This document shows, piece after piece, positions 48,193-58,631 of a stretch of 64,000 nucleotides of DNA. The DNA lies in assembly GCA_965205265.1 (NCBI GenBank), contig CBDBGH010000003.1, positions 1,888,001 to 1,952,000 of the forward strand. The letters run 5' to 3'. Every line of letters starts with the position of its first letter. Position 1 is the stretch's first letter. This DNA is from Alphaproteobacteria bacterium. Its GTDB lineage: Bacteria; Pseudomonadota; Alphaproteobacteria; Bin95. Under the pieces are notes generated by a model. The model ran no database searches. It saw only the letters and a program-made list of their open reading frames with translations, and had not been told where the DNA came from. A program made the translations under genes and the position numbers.

Positions 48193-49758
48193 ATGCTCAT
48201 TCGCCAAGCATTCCGTCTTTGCCGCATCGCCGCCGCCGCGGCGGTCGCATTCGGCGCCGTGACGACAACCGCGGCGGCCGGCGGCAAGTTCGTATTCGCC
48301 AACTCATCCGCTTACGACACGCTCGATCCCCATGCCGTCTTCGATGTCGGGCGGGTCGCCTCGCGCATCAACCTCTATGACGGGCTGATGCGCTGGTTCG
48401 ACAATCCCCCGCATCTGGAGCCGTGGCTGGCCGAGAAGGTCGATATTTCGAAAGACGGGCTGACCTACACCTTCACGCTCCGGGACGCGAAGTTCCATGA
48501 CGGCTCGCCGGTGGAAGCCTCCGACGTGGTCTATTCCATCGACCGCATCCTGGCGATGAAGAAGGGCGCCTATTCGCTGTTCGAAGGCACGGTCGCGCCG
48601 GGCTCCACCCAGGCGCCCGACGCAAAGACGGTCGTCTTCAACCTCTCCAAGCCTTCGGCCATCTTCCTCGCCACGGTTCCGGAAATCCATGTCGTCAACG
48701 CCGAGCTGGTGAAGGCCAACGAGGCGGACGGCGACCTCGGCACCGCCTGGCTGTCGAAGAACGACGCCGGCTCCGGATCCTTCCGGCTCAAGCGCTACGA
48801 CCCGGCAATCGGCTGGCAGGCGACGCGCTTCGAGGACCATTTCTTCGGATGGGACATGGTGGACAACCCGCTCGACGAGATCGAGTTCCGCACGGTCGTC
48901 GAGATCAACTCGCGCGTGCTCGGCCTGATGAACGGCGACTTCCACGGCACAGACGGCTACCTGCCGCAGGATCAGGTGAAGCGCCTGCGCACCAGCGACC
49001 ATGTCGTGGTGCAGGAAGAAGAGTCCATGCGGATCTTCTATTCCATCATCCATAACGGCCGCCCGCCGATGAACGACATCAACTTCCGCAAGGCGTTGAG
49101 CTACGCCTTCGACTATGACGGGTTCATCGACAACATCCTGTCGGGGTCGGTCGCCCGCAACCCGGTGCCGCTGCCGAACAATATGTGGGGCTCGCCGTCG
49201 GGTCTGGCCGGCTATACGCTGGACCTTGAAAAGGCGAAGGAGCACCTCGCCAAGGTCGAGGGCGACATTCGGGAGATTTCGCTCGGGGCCCTTTCCGGCT
49301 ACGGCCAGACGGAACAGGCCGCAGCGCTGTTGCAGAACGGCCTGAACAAGATCGGCGTCAAGACCAAGATCGTCACCGACACCTGGCCTGTGGCTTCCGG
49401 CAAGATGCGCGACGAGCAGCAGATGTACGACCTGCTGTTCCTGTGGAAATCCACTTACTACGCCGACCCGAACAACTGGCTCGGCGAGATGTATGCCTGC
49501 GAGCAGATCGGTGCCCGCAACAACTCCTGGTACTGCAACGAGGAGGTGGACAAGCTGCTTTCCGAGGCGCGCGTTTCGACCGACCAGGAGCTGCGCCGGG
49601 CCAATTACGAGAAGGCCAACCGCCTGCTGATGGAGGATGCTGCGGGCATCTTCGTGTACAACACCAAGTGGTTCGGCCCGTTCAACAAGAACGCCAAGGG
49701 TATCCGGTTCTCGCCAATCGGCAACGGCCAGGAGATGCGCTGGGTCTCGATGGAATAG
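48193..49758 (+). CDS. ABC transporter substrate-binding protein, family 5 (Dpp/Opp-like)
   Basis: TLDPH, NLYDGL, YTFTLR..FHDGSP..DVVYS. Confidence 0.93.
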   Translation: MLIRQAFRLCRIAAAAAVAFGAVTTTAAAGGKFVFANSSAYDTLDPHAVFDVGRVASRINLYDGLMRWFDNPPHLEPWLAEKVDISKDGLTYTFTLRDAKFHDGSPVEASDVVYSIDRILAMKKGAYSLFEGTVAPGSTQAPDAKTVVFNLSKPSAIFLATVPEIHVVNAELVKANEADGDLGTAWLSKNDAGSGSFRLKRYDPAIGWQATRFEDHFFGWDMVDNPLDEIEFRTVVEINSRVLGLMNGDFHGTDGYLPQDQVKRLRTSDHVVVQEEESMRIFYSIIHNGRPPMNDINFRKALSYAFDYDGFIDNILSGSVARNPVPLPNNMWGSPSGLAGYTLDLEKAKEHLAKVEGDIREISLGALSGYGQTEQAAALLQNGLNKIGVKTKIVTDTWPVASGKMRDEQQMYDLLFLWKSTYYADPNNWLGEMYACEQIGARNNSWYCNEEVDKLLSEARVSTDQELRRANYEKANRLLMEDAAGIFVYNTKWFGPFNKNAKGIRFSPIGNGQEMRWVSME

Positions 49759-49886
49759 CACGGCCCGGCAGGTTTGCGCGGCGGTTCCGGACCGGTTCCG
49801 GAGCCGCTGCGGTTCCTGCTCGGATCGAGATGCGGCAAGGACGGGGTCCGGCGGCAGCCGGGGCCTGACAGGATGGCCACATTCCG

Positions 49887-50891
49887 ATGCGCGAACTCGT
49901 CCTCACCCTCAACCGCCTGCTCTGGCTGGCGCCGACGCTTCTCGGTCTGCTCGCGATCACCTTCACGATCAGCCACATCATCCCGGCCGATCCCATCGCC
50001 TTCATCGCGGGCGACAATGCCAGCGCCGAGCAGATCGCCGCGCTCAAGGCCAAGTTCGGGGTGGACAAGCCTATCCCGGTGCAGCTCTGGAACTATGTCG
50101 TCGGCGTCGTCCAGGGCGATTTCGGTGTCAGCCTCTATACCCAGCGGCCGATTGCGGACGACCTGGTCTCCCGCCTGCCGGCCACGCTGGAGCTCGCCTT
50201 CGTCAGCATCCTGCTGTCGGCCGTCATCGGCATCCCGCTCGGTGTGCTGGCTGCAGTTGACCGCAATTCCTGGCTCGACCATGCGCTGCGCGTCTTCACC
50301 GTCTCCGGCCTCGCGATCGCTGCCTTCTGGCTGGCGATCCTGTTCCAGCTCCTGTTCGCGATGGAATGGGGCGCGACGCCCCTCCAGGGCCGGATCGACG
50401 GGTGGGGGCCCGACCCCGTCACAGGCTTCTTCCTCATCGACTCGGCCTGGGCCGGCGACTGGGAGGCGTTCCGGTCGGCGGCCCACCACATGGTCCTGCC
50501 GGCGGTCACGCTCGCCTTCCCCGCCATGGCGACGGTGATGCGTTTCACGCGCGCGGGCGTGCTCGACGCCATAAACTCCAACTATGTCGATTACCAGAAC
50601 GCCATGGGCGTGCCGCGCCGGGTCGTCATATGGCGCTATGTGCTGAGGAACGCGCTCATCGGCACGGTGACGCAGCTGGGCCTCATCTTCGGCAACCTGA
50701 TAGCGAACGCCGTCGTCGTGGAGGCCGTGTTCGACTGGCCCGGCCTCGGCCTCTACGCCGTCAACTCGATCCTGCAGTCCGACTACAACGCGATCATGGG
50801 CTTCACCCTCATCATGGGCGCCGTGTTCATCGTCGCCAACCTGCTGGTCGATATCGCCCACGGTTTCATCGACCCGCGCGAAGCCGGCTGA
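49887..50891 (+). CDS. ABC transporter permease (DppB-like)
   Basis: PADP, GDFGVS, RLPATLELA, LRNAL, VEAVFDWPGLG. Confidence 0.93.
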   Translation: MRELVLTLNRLLWLAPTLLGLLAITFTISHIIPADPIAFIAGDNASAEQIAALKAKFGVDKPIPVQLWNYVVGVVQGDFGVSLYTQRPIADDLVSRLPATLELAFVSILLSAVIGIPLGVLAAVDRNSWLDHALRVFTVSGLAIAAFWLAILFQLLFAMEWGATPLQGRIDGWGPDPVTGFFLIDSAWAGDWEAFRSAAHHMVLPAVTLAFPAMATVMRFTRAGVLDAINSNYVDYQNAMGVPRRVVIWRYVLRNALIGTVTQLGLIFGNLIANAVVVEAVFDWPGLGLYAVNSILQSDYNAIMGFTLIMGAVFIVANLLVDIAHGFIDPREAG

Positions 50892-51748
50892 TGGAAACCG
50901 CCCGCTTCCTCCTGCGCAAGCTCGCTGCCGACAGGACGGCGGCGCTGGGCGCGCTCATCATCGTGCTGCTGATCGTCGTCGCCATCGCCGCGCCGGTGCT
51001 CTCCACGCATCCGCAGGACATCTCCGAGTTCAACCCGCCGGGCCGCCTTCAGCCGCCCTCGGCCGAGCATTTCTTCGGTACCGACCGCATGGGTTCGGAT
51101 GTCTATTCGCGCATCCTGTTCGGCGCGCGGATCACCATCGCCATCGCCGTCATCGCCATCGGCGTCAGCGTGCTGATCGGCGTGCCGGTCGGCCTGGTCG
51201 CCGGCTATTACCGCAACTGGATCTCGGATGCGCTCATGCGCATATCCGACATTTTCCTGGCCGTGCCGCAGATCGTGCTCGCCATCGCCATCGCCCAGAC
51301 GCTCGGCCCCTCCATCGAAAATGTCATCCTTGCGCTGTCTGCAACCTACTGGCCCTTCTGGGCGCGGCTCGTCTATGCGGAAACCCGCTCGGCGCTCAAC
51401 GAAACCTATGTGGAAGCGTCCGTCGCGCTCGGCGCCTCGCCCGGACGGGTGATGCTTCTGCATGTCCTTCCCAACATCTCCTCGTCCCTCATCGTCCGCA
51501 CCACGATCGGCATGGGCGGCACCATTCTGACCGCCGCGACGCTCGGCTTCCTCGGCCTCGGCCCCCCGGCGCCCTCGCCGGAATGGGGACGAACCATCGC
51601 CGAGTCCCGCGAATTCCTGCCCGAGGCCTGGTGGTACGCCACGGCGCCGGGCCTCGCCATTTTCCTTGTCGTCATGGGCTTCAACCTGTTCGGTGACGGG
51701 CTGCGCGACATTCTCGACCCCCGCACCCGGCGGTCCTCCGATGGATAA
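50891..51748 (+). CDS. ABC transporter permease (DppC-like)
   Basis: HFFGTDRMGSDVYSR, HVLPN, LGFLGLG..PEWG, NLFGDGLRD.LDPR. Confidence 0.93.
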   Translation: METARFLLRKLAADRTAALGALIIVLLIVVAIAAPVLSTHPQDISEFNPPGRLQPPSAEHFFGTDRMGSDVYSRILFGARITIAIAVIAIGVSVLIGVPVGLVAGYYRNWISDALMRISDIFLAVPQIVLAIAIAQTLGPSIENVILALSATYWPFWARLVYAETRSALNETYVEASVALGASPGRVMLLHVLPNISSSLIVRTTIGMGGTILTAATLGFLGLGPPAPSPEWGRTIAESREFLPEAWWYATAPGLAIFLVVMGFNLFGDGLRDILDPRTRRSSDG

Positions 51749-52763
51749 CCTGCTGACCGTCGCGGACCTGGAAGTGGGCTTCCAGACCGACCGCGGCCTG
51801 GCCCGGGTGCTCGACCGGGTGAATTTCCATGTCGGCCGCGGCGAGATCGTGGGCCTGGTCGGCGAATCGGGCTGCGGGAAGACGACGCTCGCGCGCGCGA
51901 TCCTGGGCGTGCTCCCGGCGAACTCGGCGCGGATCGGCTCGGGCGTCATAGACTTCGCCGGCCGCAACCTGCTGGCGGAAGACCCCCACGCGCTCGCCAC
52001 GCAGGTTCGGGGACGGCAGATCACCTTCGTGCCGCAGGACCCGTTCTCGTCCTTCAACCCCGTTTTCACCATCGGCGCCCAGATCGACGAGCTCATGAAG
52101 TGGAAGTCGCCGGATTCCGAACCCGGTGCCGCCGGCCGTTCTTACTCTCGCGCGCGGCGCCGGTCGGACCGCGACCGCGTTCTCGAACTCCTGCGCATCG
52201 TCCAGCTGCCCGATCCCGAAGGCATACTGAAGAAATACCCGCATGAGGTTTCCGGCGGCCAGCGCCAGCGCCTCATGATCGCCATGGCGTTGCTGCCCGA
52301 GCCGCAACTCATCATCGCCGACGAGCCGACGACCGCGCTCGATGTCACCATCCAGGCCCAGATTCTCAAGCTGCTCAAACGCCTCGCCGCCGAGCGCCGG
52401 GTCTCGATCCTGTTCACGACCCACGATCTCGGTACGGCCTACGAGATTTGCGACCGGGTTACCGTCATGTATGCGGGCCAGGAGGTCGAAAGCGCGCCGT
52501 CGGACGACTTCTTTGCCGCTCCGCGCCACCCCTATACGAAGCGCCTGCTGGAATCCCTGCCCTCCCGCGAGCACGGTATCAGCGGCATTCCCGGCCAGAT
52601 CCCGGCGCTGATCGATCCGCCGACGGGCTGCCGCTTCCATCCGCGCTGCACCCATGCGAGCGAGCGCTGCGCCGCCGCCCGTCCGGATGTGTCGGAGGCG
52701 GGGCCCGCCCACCTTGTCCGCTGCCACCACCCGGTAGGCGTCCTTCGGGAGGCCGTTCCGTGA
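51741..52763 (+). CDS. ABC transporter ATP-binding protein (DppD-like)
   Basis: GESGCGKT, SGGQRQR, ADEPTTALD, GCRFHPRC. Confidence 0.94.
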   Translation: MDNLLTVADLEVGFQTDRGLARVLDRVNFHVGRGEIVGLVGESGCGKTTLARAILGVLPANSARIGSGVIDFAGRNLLAEDPHALATQVRGRQITFVPQDPFSSFNPVFTIGAQIDELMKWKSPDSEPGAAGRSYSRARRRSDRDRVLELLRIVQLPDPEGILKKYPHEVSGGQRQRLMIAMALLPEPQLIIADEPTTALDVTIQAQILKLLKRLAAERRVSILFTTHDLGTAYEICDRVTVMYAGQEVESAPSDDFFAAPRHPYTKRLLESLPSREHGISGIPGQIPALIDPPTGCRFHPRCTHASERCAAARPDVSEAGPAHLVRCHHPVGVLREAVP

Positions 52764-53752
52764 CGGCGCCCGGCCCGGACCTGCTGCAGCTTCAGGGGCT
52801 GCAGAAATATTTCCCGATCCGCGATGTCTGGAAGCGCCGCATCGGCTGGCTGAAGGCCGTGGACGACGTCTCGCTCACGGTCGAGAAGGGCGAGATCCTG
52901 GGCATTGTCGGCGAGTCGGGCTGCGGCAAGTCCACCCTAGGCAAGACGGTGATGGGGATCCACCGCCCGACCGGCGGCCGGATCGTCTTCGAAGGAAACG
53001 ACATCACCGATCTCAAGCCGCACCAGTCGCGCGACCTGCGCCGCGACCTGCAATATACCTACCAGGACCCGGGCGCCTCGCTCGATCCGCGCTGGAAGAT
53101 CGGCAAGGCGCTGGACGAGCCGCTGGTCATACACACCGGTCTCGACAGCGCCGCGCGCCGGGAGCGGGTGCGGGACATTCTCGAGGCTGTCGGCCTTCCG
53201 GAAAGCCATCTCGACCTCTACCCGCACGAAATATCCGGCGGACAGCAGCGCCGGGTGGGCCTTGCCCGCATCCTCACCCTGCAACCGACCCTTATCGTGT
53301 TGGACGAGCCCACTTCCGGGCTCGATGTTTCCGTGCAGGCGACCGTTCTGAACCTCTTCCTCGACCTGCAGAAGCAGTTCGACCTCACCTATGTCTTCAT
53401 CTCGCACGACCTCAGCGTCATCCGGATGATCTGCGACCGCGTCGCCGTGATGTATCTCGGCAAGGTGGTGGAGCTGGGCGCGACGGAGCGGCTGTTCAGC
53501 GCCCCGCGCCACCCCTATACCCGCTCGTTGCTGTCGGCGATCCCCGAGATCGGCAAGCAGCGGATCACCGATACCTTCTGGCTGGAGGGTGAGCCGCCCG
53601 ATCCGGGCAATCTTCCCTCGGGCTGCCGGTTCCGCACGCGTTGCCCGCTCGCCGGGCAGCAGTGCGCGGCCGAGGTTCCGCCCCTGGTCGAACACCTGCC
53701 CGGCCACGCTGACGCCTGCCTGTTTTCCGACCGCGCCGTTCCCGGAGCCTGA
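52760..53752 (+). CDS. ABC transporter ATP-binding protein (DppF-like)
   Basis: KAVDDVS, GESGCGKST, SGGQQRR, GCRFRTRC. Confidence 0.94.
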   Translation: MTAPGPDLLQLQGLQKYFPIRDVWKRRIGWLKAVDDVSLTVEKGEILGIVGESGCGKSTLGKTVMGIHRPTGGRIVFEGNDITDLKPHQSRDLRRDLQYTYQDPGASLDPRWKIGKALDEPLVIHTGLDSAARRERVRDILEAVGLPESHLDLYPHEISGGQQRRVGLARILTLQPTLIVLDEPTSGLDVSVQATVLNLFLDLQKQFDLTYVFISHDLSVIRMICDRVAVMYLGKVVELGATERLFSAPRHPYTRSLLSAIPEIGKQRITDTFWLEGEPPDPGNLPSGCRFRTRCPLAGQQCAAEVPPLVEHLPGHADACLFSDRAVPGA

Positions 53753-53773
53753 AAGACACCGCTCGACGGGCCG

Positions 53774-54670
53774 TCAGAGGCCGGCCTGCTCCTTGCAATA
53801 GCGGGCGACTTCGGCGTGGGTCGCGAACCAGACGCCCGGTTTCGTGCGGATATGCTGCACCAGTTCGTCCAGCACCTGGATGCGCGAGCGGTGGCCGATG
53901 AAGTGCGGGTGCATGGTCAGCAGGAACAGCCCCTCCTCCTCCCAGGCGCCGTCGAACTCGCGCCTGAACACCTCCAGCACGCCTCCGGGCGGCGTGTAGG
54001 GGCGCAGGCCCGAGAAGCGGTCCATCGACCAGTAGGGCGCGTCGTCGCGGATCCACTCCACGGGCAGCTCGACCACGCCGGTCGGCTCGTTGTCCTCCAG
54101 CAGCTCATAGGGCTCGTCGTCGGCCATGAGCGAGGAGTCGTAAAGCAGGCCCATCTCGCGCGTGATCGCGAGCGTGTGCTCGGAGAAGTCCCAGGACGGC
54201 GTGCGGATGCCGACCGGGCGGACGCCGCAAATTTCCTCCAGCTTGTCGGCGGCGCGCATCTGCAGGTCGCGCTCGTCCGCCGGCGGGAGCGCGGAGTTGA
54301 GCTCGTGAATCCAGGAATGGATGCCGATCTCATGCCCCTCCGCGACCACCCGGCGCTGCTCGTCGGGATGCAGCATGGCGACCACCGCCGGCACGAAGAA
54401 GGTCGCCGGCACGCCGTAGCGTTCCAGCAAATTGAGGATCCTGGGCACGCCGGCGCGCGCGCCGTATTGGCCCTGGCTCAGCTTGCCGGGCGAGCTCTGG
54501 GCCCAGCGCAGGGTCTGCGTCTCGTGGTCGGAGTCGAAGGAGAGCGCGACCGCGCAGCGCGCCCCGCCGGGCCATGACGCGGGCTTGAGCGAGCGGCCGG
54601 CCCGCACCTTCTCCACGATCGGCCGCCAGTCGGCCTCCTTCCATCTCCAGGCTTCCGGCTGGTCCGGCAC
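53774..54670 (-). CDS. Polysaccharide deacetylase / PuuE-like CE4 protein
   Basis: WPGGARCAVALSFD, GHEIGIHSWIHE, YDSSLM, TMHPH. Confidence 0.9.
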   Translation of the reverse strand: MPDQPEAWRWKEADWRPIVEKVRAGRSLKPASWPGGARCAVALSFDSDHETQTLRWAQSSPGKLSQGQYGARAGVPRILNLLERYGVPATFFVPAVVAMLHPDEQRRVVAEGHEIGIHSWIHELNSALPPADERDLQMRAADKLEEICGVRPVGIRTPSWDFSEHTLAITREMGLLYDSSLMADDEPYELLEDNEPTGVVELPVEWIRDDAPYWSMDRFSGLRPYTPPGGVLEVFRREFDGAWEEEGLFLLTMHPHFIGHRSRIQVLDELVQHIRTKPGVWFATHAEVARYCKEQAGL

Positions 54671-54690
54671 ACCGGTCCCTCTATGCTTGC

Positions 54691-56574
54691 TCACCGCGGG
54701 TCTCCTCCGCTTTCCTGCTTCGCGCCGGAGGAGCATAGCATCGCCGGCGCCGTCTCCTCATGCCGGCGCCGTTCGGGCAGGGTTTCCTCCTGGCGATCCT
54801 CGTCGGCGTCGTAGTAGCGCCCCCGGTGAAACATCTTGGCGGGTCTCGGCATGGCTGCGCGGCGGGCAAGGGTGGCTTCGAGGTTCACCCGGTCGCCGGC
54901 AAGGATCACGCCGTAGTCGCGGGCGGCGGCTTCCTCGGAGACGAAGCCGTCCAGAATGTCCGCCAGCACATCCTCGGCCGGCCTGTCGGCAGGGTTGCCC
55001 CAGCCTCCGCCGCCGGGAGTGATGATGCGGACCAGATCGCCTTTCCTCAGGCGAATGCCGTCGCCCATGGTCGGGATATCCCTCGCCTCGGGGCCGTCAG
55101 GGTTGACGACGACCCGGCCCGGCGATCCCGCCAGCCCGCCATGGACCCCGAACGCCGGCTGGCGGCAATTGTCGAGCCGGATGCCGAAACGGGCCTCGTC
55201 CGACAACACGCGGACATCCCGGACGATGCCGCAGCCGCCACGCCAGCGTCCGGCCCCGCCGCTGTCCCGGTGGATGCCGAATGCTTCGATTTCGACGCCG
55301 AACTCCATCTCTGCGAATTCGATGGGGTAGTTTTCCTGGGCCACGTAATAGACCGCGTCGATGCCGTCGGCGAAGGTGCGCGCGCCGAAACCGACAGAGA
55401 GTCCCTCGATGCATAGCGGCTCTGTGCCGTCGGCATTCCTGCCGCGCAGATAGTAGAGCACGTAAACGGAGGGCGCCGCCGAGGCCTGCCCGCCCGTCGC
55501 CTGTGCAAGCGTGCCGAACAGCGCGCTGGTGACGCGGATCATGGTGTGCGACCGCAGGCCCAGAGGGGCCGGGAACCGGGGCGCGACCAGCGTGCCCGGT
55601 TTCCTGACGACGCTCTCGACCGCGCGCTCGAAACCGCCGTTCATGCCGATGCCGGGCCGGTCCATGCACATCCAGAGGCCCAGCATGAATTTCGGCACCG
55701 AATCGTCCATAAGGAAGTTGATCGGCCCGTCGGCCTGGCGGTCGGACGCCGAGAAATCCATCTCGAGAGCGCCGTTCCTCTTCCGCAAGACCAGGTCGAC
55801 AAAATAGGAGCGCTCGGTCACCGCGTCCGAGTCGATGCGGTCGCGAAAGGCATACTCGCCGTCGGGAATGCGGTCGGCGATCTCCCTGCGGAGCGCGCTT
55901 TCGTTCTCCGCCAGCATTGCCTCGAACGCGGCCTCGACCACCTCCACGCCGTGGCGCTCAACCGTCTCGGTCAGGCGGCGGGCGCCGAGGCGGCAGGCGG
56001 CCATGATGGCCTGGAGGTCGCCCCTCAGCATGTCCGGGAAGCGTGAATTGCGCATGAAAATGCGCACGACTTCACGGTTCTCGACGCCTTCGCGCACGAC
56101 CCGCACCGGAGGTATCATGATGCCCTCCTGGAAGACGGACACCGCATGCGGGCTGATCGAGCCCGGGACCGAGCCGCCGATATCCCAGAGGTGGCCCCAG
56201 GCCTCCGCGAAGGCGAACAACCGGCCCTCATGGAAGACGGGCATGACGAAAACCATGTCGGGCAGATGGCTGACGGCGCCGCCCGTCCCGTAGGCGTCGT
56301 TGTACCAGTAGAGGTCGCCGGGCCGCATGGTCCGGGCCGGATATTCTTCCAGAATCGCATCGACGAGATTGCCGGCCAGCGTGAGCGAGGTGGAGACCAC
56401 GAGCTCGCCGTCGCGGTTCAGGAAGGCGGTGAAGTAATCCTTCTTCTCGCGGATGAAGGGCGACATGGCGGAGCGCGCGATCAGGGCCTCCATTTCCGAG
56501 CGGGCCCCGTTGAGCGCGCCCTTGATGAGCTCCAGGGTGAAGCGGTTGGGCGCCGGAAGGGTATCGGACGTCAC
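54691..56574 (-). CDS. Hydantoinase B / oxoprolinase-family subunit
   Basis: AMSPFIREKKD, NDAY..G..SHLPD, HLWDIGG, DSGGAGRWRGG, TPGGGGWG. Confidence 0.92.
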   Translation of the reverse strand: MTSDTLPAPNRFTLELIKGALNGARSEMEALIARSAMSPFIREKKDYFTAFLNRDGELVVSTSLTLAGNLVDAILEEYPARTMRPGDLYWYNDAYGTGGAVSHLPDMVFVMPVFHEGRLFAFAEAWGHLWDIGGSVPGSISPHAVSVFQEGIMIPPVRVVREGVENREVVRIFMRNSRFPDMLRGDLQAIMAACRLGARRLTETVERHGVEVVEAAFEAMLAENESALRREIADRIPDGEYAFRDRIDSDAVTERSYFVDLVLRKRNGALEMDFSASDRQADGPINFLMDDSVPKFMLGLWMCMDRPGIGMNGGFERAVESVVRKPGTLVAPRFPAPLGLRSHTMIRVTSALFGTLAQATGGQASAAPSVYVLYYLRGRNADGTEPLCIEGLSVGFGARTFADGIDAVYYVAQENYPIEFAEMEFGVEIEAFGIHRDSGGAGRWRGGCGIVRDVRVLSDEARFGIRLDNCRQPAFGVHGGLAGSPGRVVVNPDGPEARDIPTMGDGIRLRKGDLVRIITPGGGGWGNPADRPAEDVLADILDGFVSEEAAARDYGVILAGDRVNLEATLARRAAMPRPAKMFHRGRYYDADEDRQEETLPERRRHEETAPAMLCSSGAKQESGGDPR

Positions 56575-58631
56575 AAGCTGCCCTCCGAGACGACGAGATT
56601 GCCGAAGCGGTCGGTGAGCGCAATTTGACCGGGAAGAAGGACGGTCGTCGAATCGAGCTGTTCCACGATAGCCGGGCCCTCGATGCAGTGGCCGGCAAGC
56701 AGGCTCTCGCGGCGATAGATGGGCGTGGGCCGCAACATGTCGTCGCCGGCAACGCAGGCGGGGCGCTCGCTGGACGGCTCGGGGCGTTCGCCCGGGGCAG
56801 CAGGCAATTCCGGCAGGTCGAATTTGTCCGTGAGCCCTGTAGCCTCGACCCGCTGGTTGACGATCTCGACCGGCGCCTCGGGCTCGCAGAAGGTGTAGAG
56901 CCGCTCGTGGAGCGCATGGAAGTCGGCGATGAGCGCAGTCAGGGCGCCTTCCGTGACCGGGCTGCTGCACGGGACGGTCAACTCCACCCCCTGCTTTTCG
57001 TAGCGCATGTCGGCCGACCGGTGGAACCGGCGGCGCTCGGGTGGAATGCCGTTGGCTTCGAGGCGGCCTTCGGCCTCATGCGTCAGTTCCGCGAAAACCG
57101 CCTCGGTGGCGGCGGCATCGAAGGCGCCGGCGCGCTGCAGACGCGTGACGGCGAAATCGTACCGAAGGTCCGTCGCCAGCAGGCCGATGGCGCAGAGAAT
57201 GCCGGGAAAGCGCGGCACAAGCAGGCTCGCCGCGTTCAGTTCGCGCATGAGTTCCGCGCCGTGGACGGGGCCCGCGCCGCCGAAGGCAGCGAGCGCAAAA
57301 TCGCGGGGGTCGAGGCCTCGTTCGACCGACATGATCTTCAACGCCCCGGTCATGTTGGCGTTGACCAGATCGACGATTCCCCGCGCGGCCGGCAGGACAT
57401 CCATGCCGAGCGGCTCCGCGGCATGCCTGCGTATGGCCGCCGCGGCGGCTTCGGGAGCCAGCGCGACCTCGCCGTCGAGCAGGGCGGACGGGATGCGGCC
57501 GAGTACGAGATTGGCGTCGGAAACGGTGGCCCGCTCGCCCCCCTTGCCGTAGCAGGCGGGCCCCGGATCGGCGCCGGCGCTTTCGGGGCCGACGCGAATC
57601 GCGCCCTGTTCGGTCACGGTCGCGACGGACCCGCCGCCAGCGCCGATGGTGTGGATATCGATCATCGGGAAGGCGAGCGGGTGGTCGCCGACCCGGCCCG
57701 CGGTCGAAAGGGCGGGTTGGCCGTTCCGGACAAGCGCGACATCGGCGCTGGTGCCGCCCATGTCGATGGTCAGGAGATCGTCGATCCCGGCGGCCCGCCC
57801 AAGCCAGGCTGCCCCCAGAGCGCCGGCGGCCGGTCCGGAAAGCGCAAGATGCACGGCGCCGCGCGCGGCTTCCCGGGGCAGGCAGGCGCCGCCGTTCGAT
57901 TTCATCAGCAATAGCGGCGCTTCTATGGCGCGGCGGCCGAGCCCCTCGGAAAGCCGCCCGATATAATGCCGGACCACCGGTTGCACCGAAGCGTTCAAGG
58001 CTGTCGCCACGGTGCGTTCATATTCCCGGAAGACCGGAAGAACATCGGCCGACAGGGAGACTTCGACGTCCGGAAGGATTGAGCGAAGAATCTCGCCTGC
58101 CCGGCGCTCATGGGCCTGGTTGGCGTAAGAGTGAAGCAGCACTACCGCAACCGCCTCGAGGCGGGCGGCGCGAATGGCCTCCGCGGCAGCCTCGACCGCC
58201 GCCTCGTCCAGCGGCGCCGCTACGGTGCCGTCGATGCGGATCCGGCCCGGCACCTCGAAGATGAAACGGGGCTGGACCGGCCGTTTGGGCTTCACCCAGG
58301 AAAAGAGATTGGCCGCGCGCGGGATTTCCGCCCGCCCGATTTCCAGCACATGGCGGAACCCCTTCGTAGTGACAAGGCCGGTCCGGACGCCCTTTCCCTC
58401 CAGGATCGCGTTGGTGACGATGGTCGAGCCGTGCAGGACGGTCGCCACTTCCGCCGCGCCGACGCCGGACCGGTCGAGCATCCTGTCCACTCCGGCGAAG
58501 AAGCCGTCGGCAGGGGCGCTCGGCACGGAGGGCGACTTTGCGACATGAAGCGCGCCGCCGGCGCGGTCCGCCAGGATGACGTCCGTGAAAGTGCCTCCCA
58601 CATCGAGGCTCAGCGCATAGCGTGCGGTCAT
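56571..58631 (-). CDS. Hydantoinase A / oxoprolinase-family subunit
   Basis: DVGGTFTD, SGPAAG, DMGGTSAD, GAGGGS, SAGADPGPACYGKGG, AFGGAGPVH. Confidence 0.93.
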   Translation of the reverse strand: MTARYALSLDVGGTFTDVILADRAGGALHVAKSPSVPSAPADGFFAGVDRMLDRSGVGAAEVATVLHGSTIVTNAILEGKGVRTGLVTTKGFRHVLEIGRAEIPRAANLFSWVKPKRPVQPRFIFEVPGRIRIDGTVAAPLDEAAVEAAAEAIRAARLEAVAVVLLHSYANQAHERRAGEILRSILPDVEVSLSADVLPVFREYERTVATALNASVQPVVRHYIGRLSEGLGRRAIEAPLLLMKSNGGACLPREAARGAVHLALSGPAAGALGAAWLGRAAGIDDLLTIDMGGTSADVALVRNGQPALSTAGRVGDHPLAFPMIDIHTIGAGGGSVATVTEQGAIRVGPESAGADPGPACYGKGGERATVSDANLVLGRIPSALLDGEVALAPEAAAAAIRRHAAEPLGMDVLPAARGIVDLVNANMTGALKIMSVERGLDPRDFALAAFGGAGPVHGAELMRELNAASLLVPRFPGILCAIGLLATDLRYDFAVTRLQRAGAFDAAATEAVFAELTHEAEGRLEANGIPPERRRFHRSADMRYEKQGVELTVPCSSPVTEGALTALIADFHALHERLYTFCEPEAPVEIVNQRVEATGLTDKFDLPELPAAPGERPEPSSERPACVAGDDMLRPTPIYRRESLLAGHCIEGPAIVEQLDSTTVLLPGQIALTDRFGNLVVSEGSL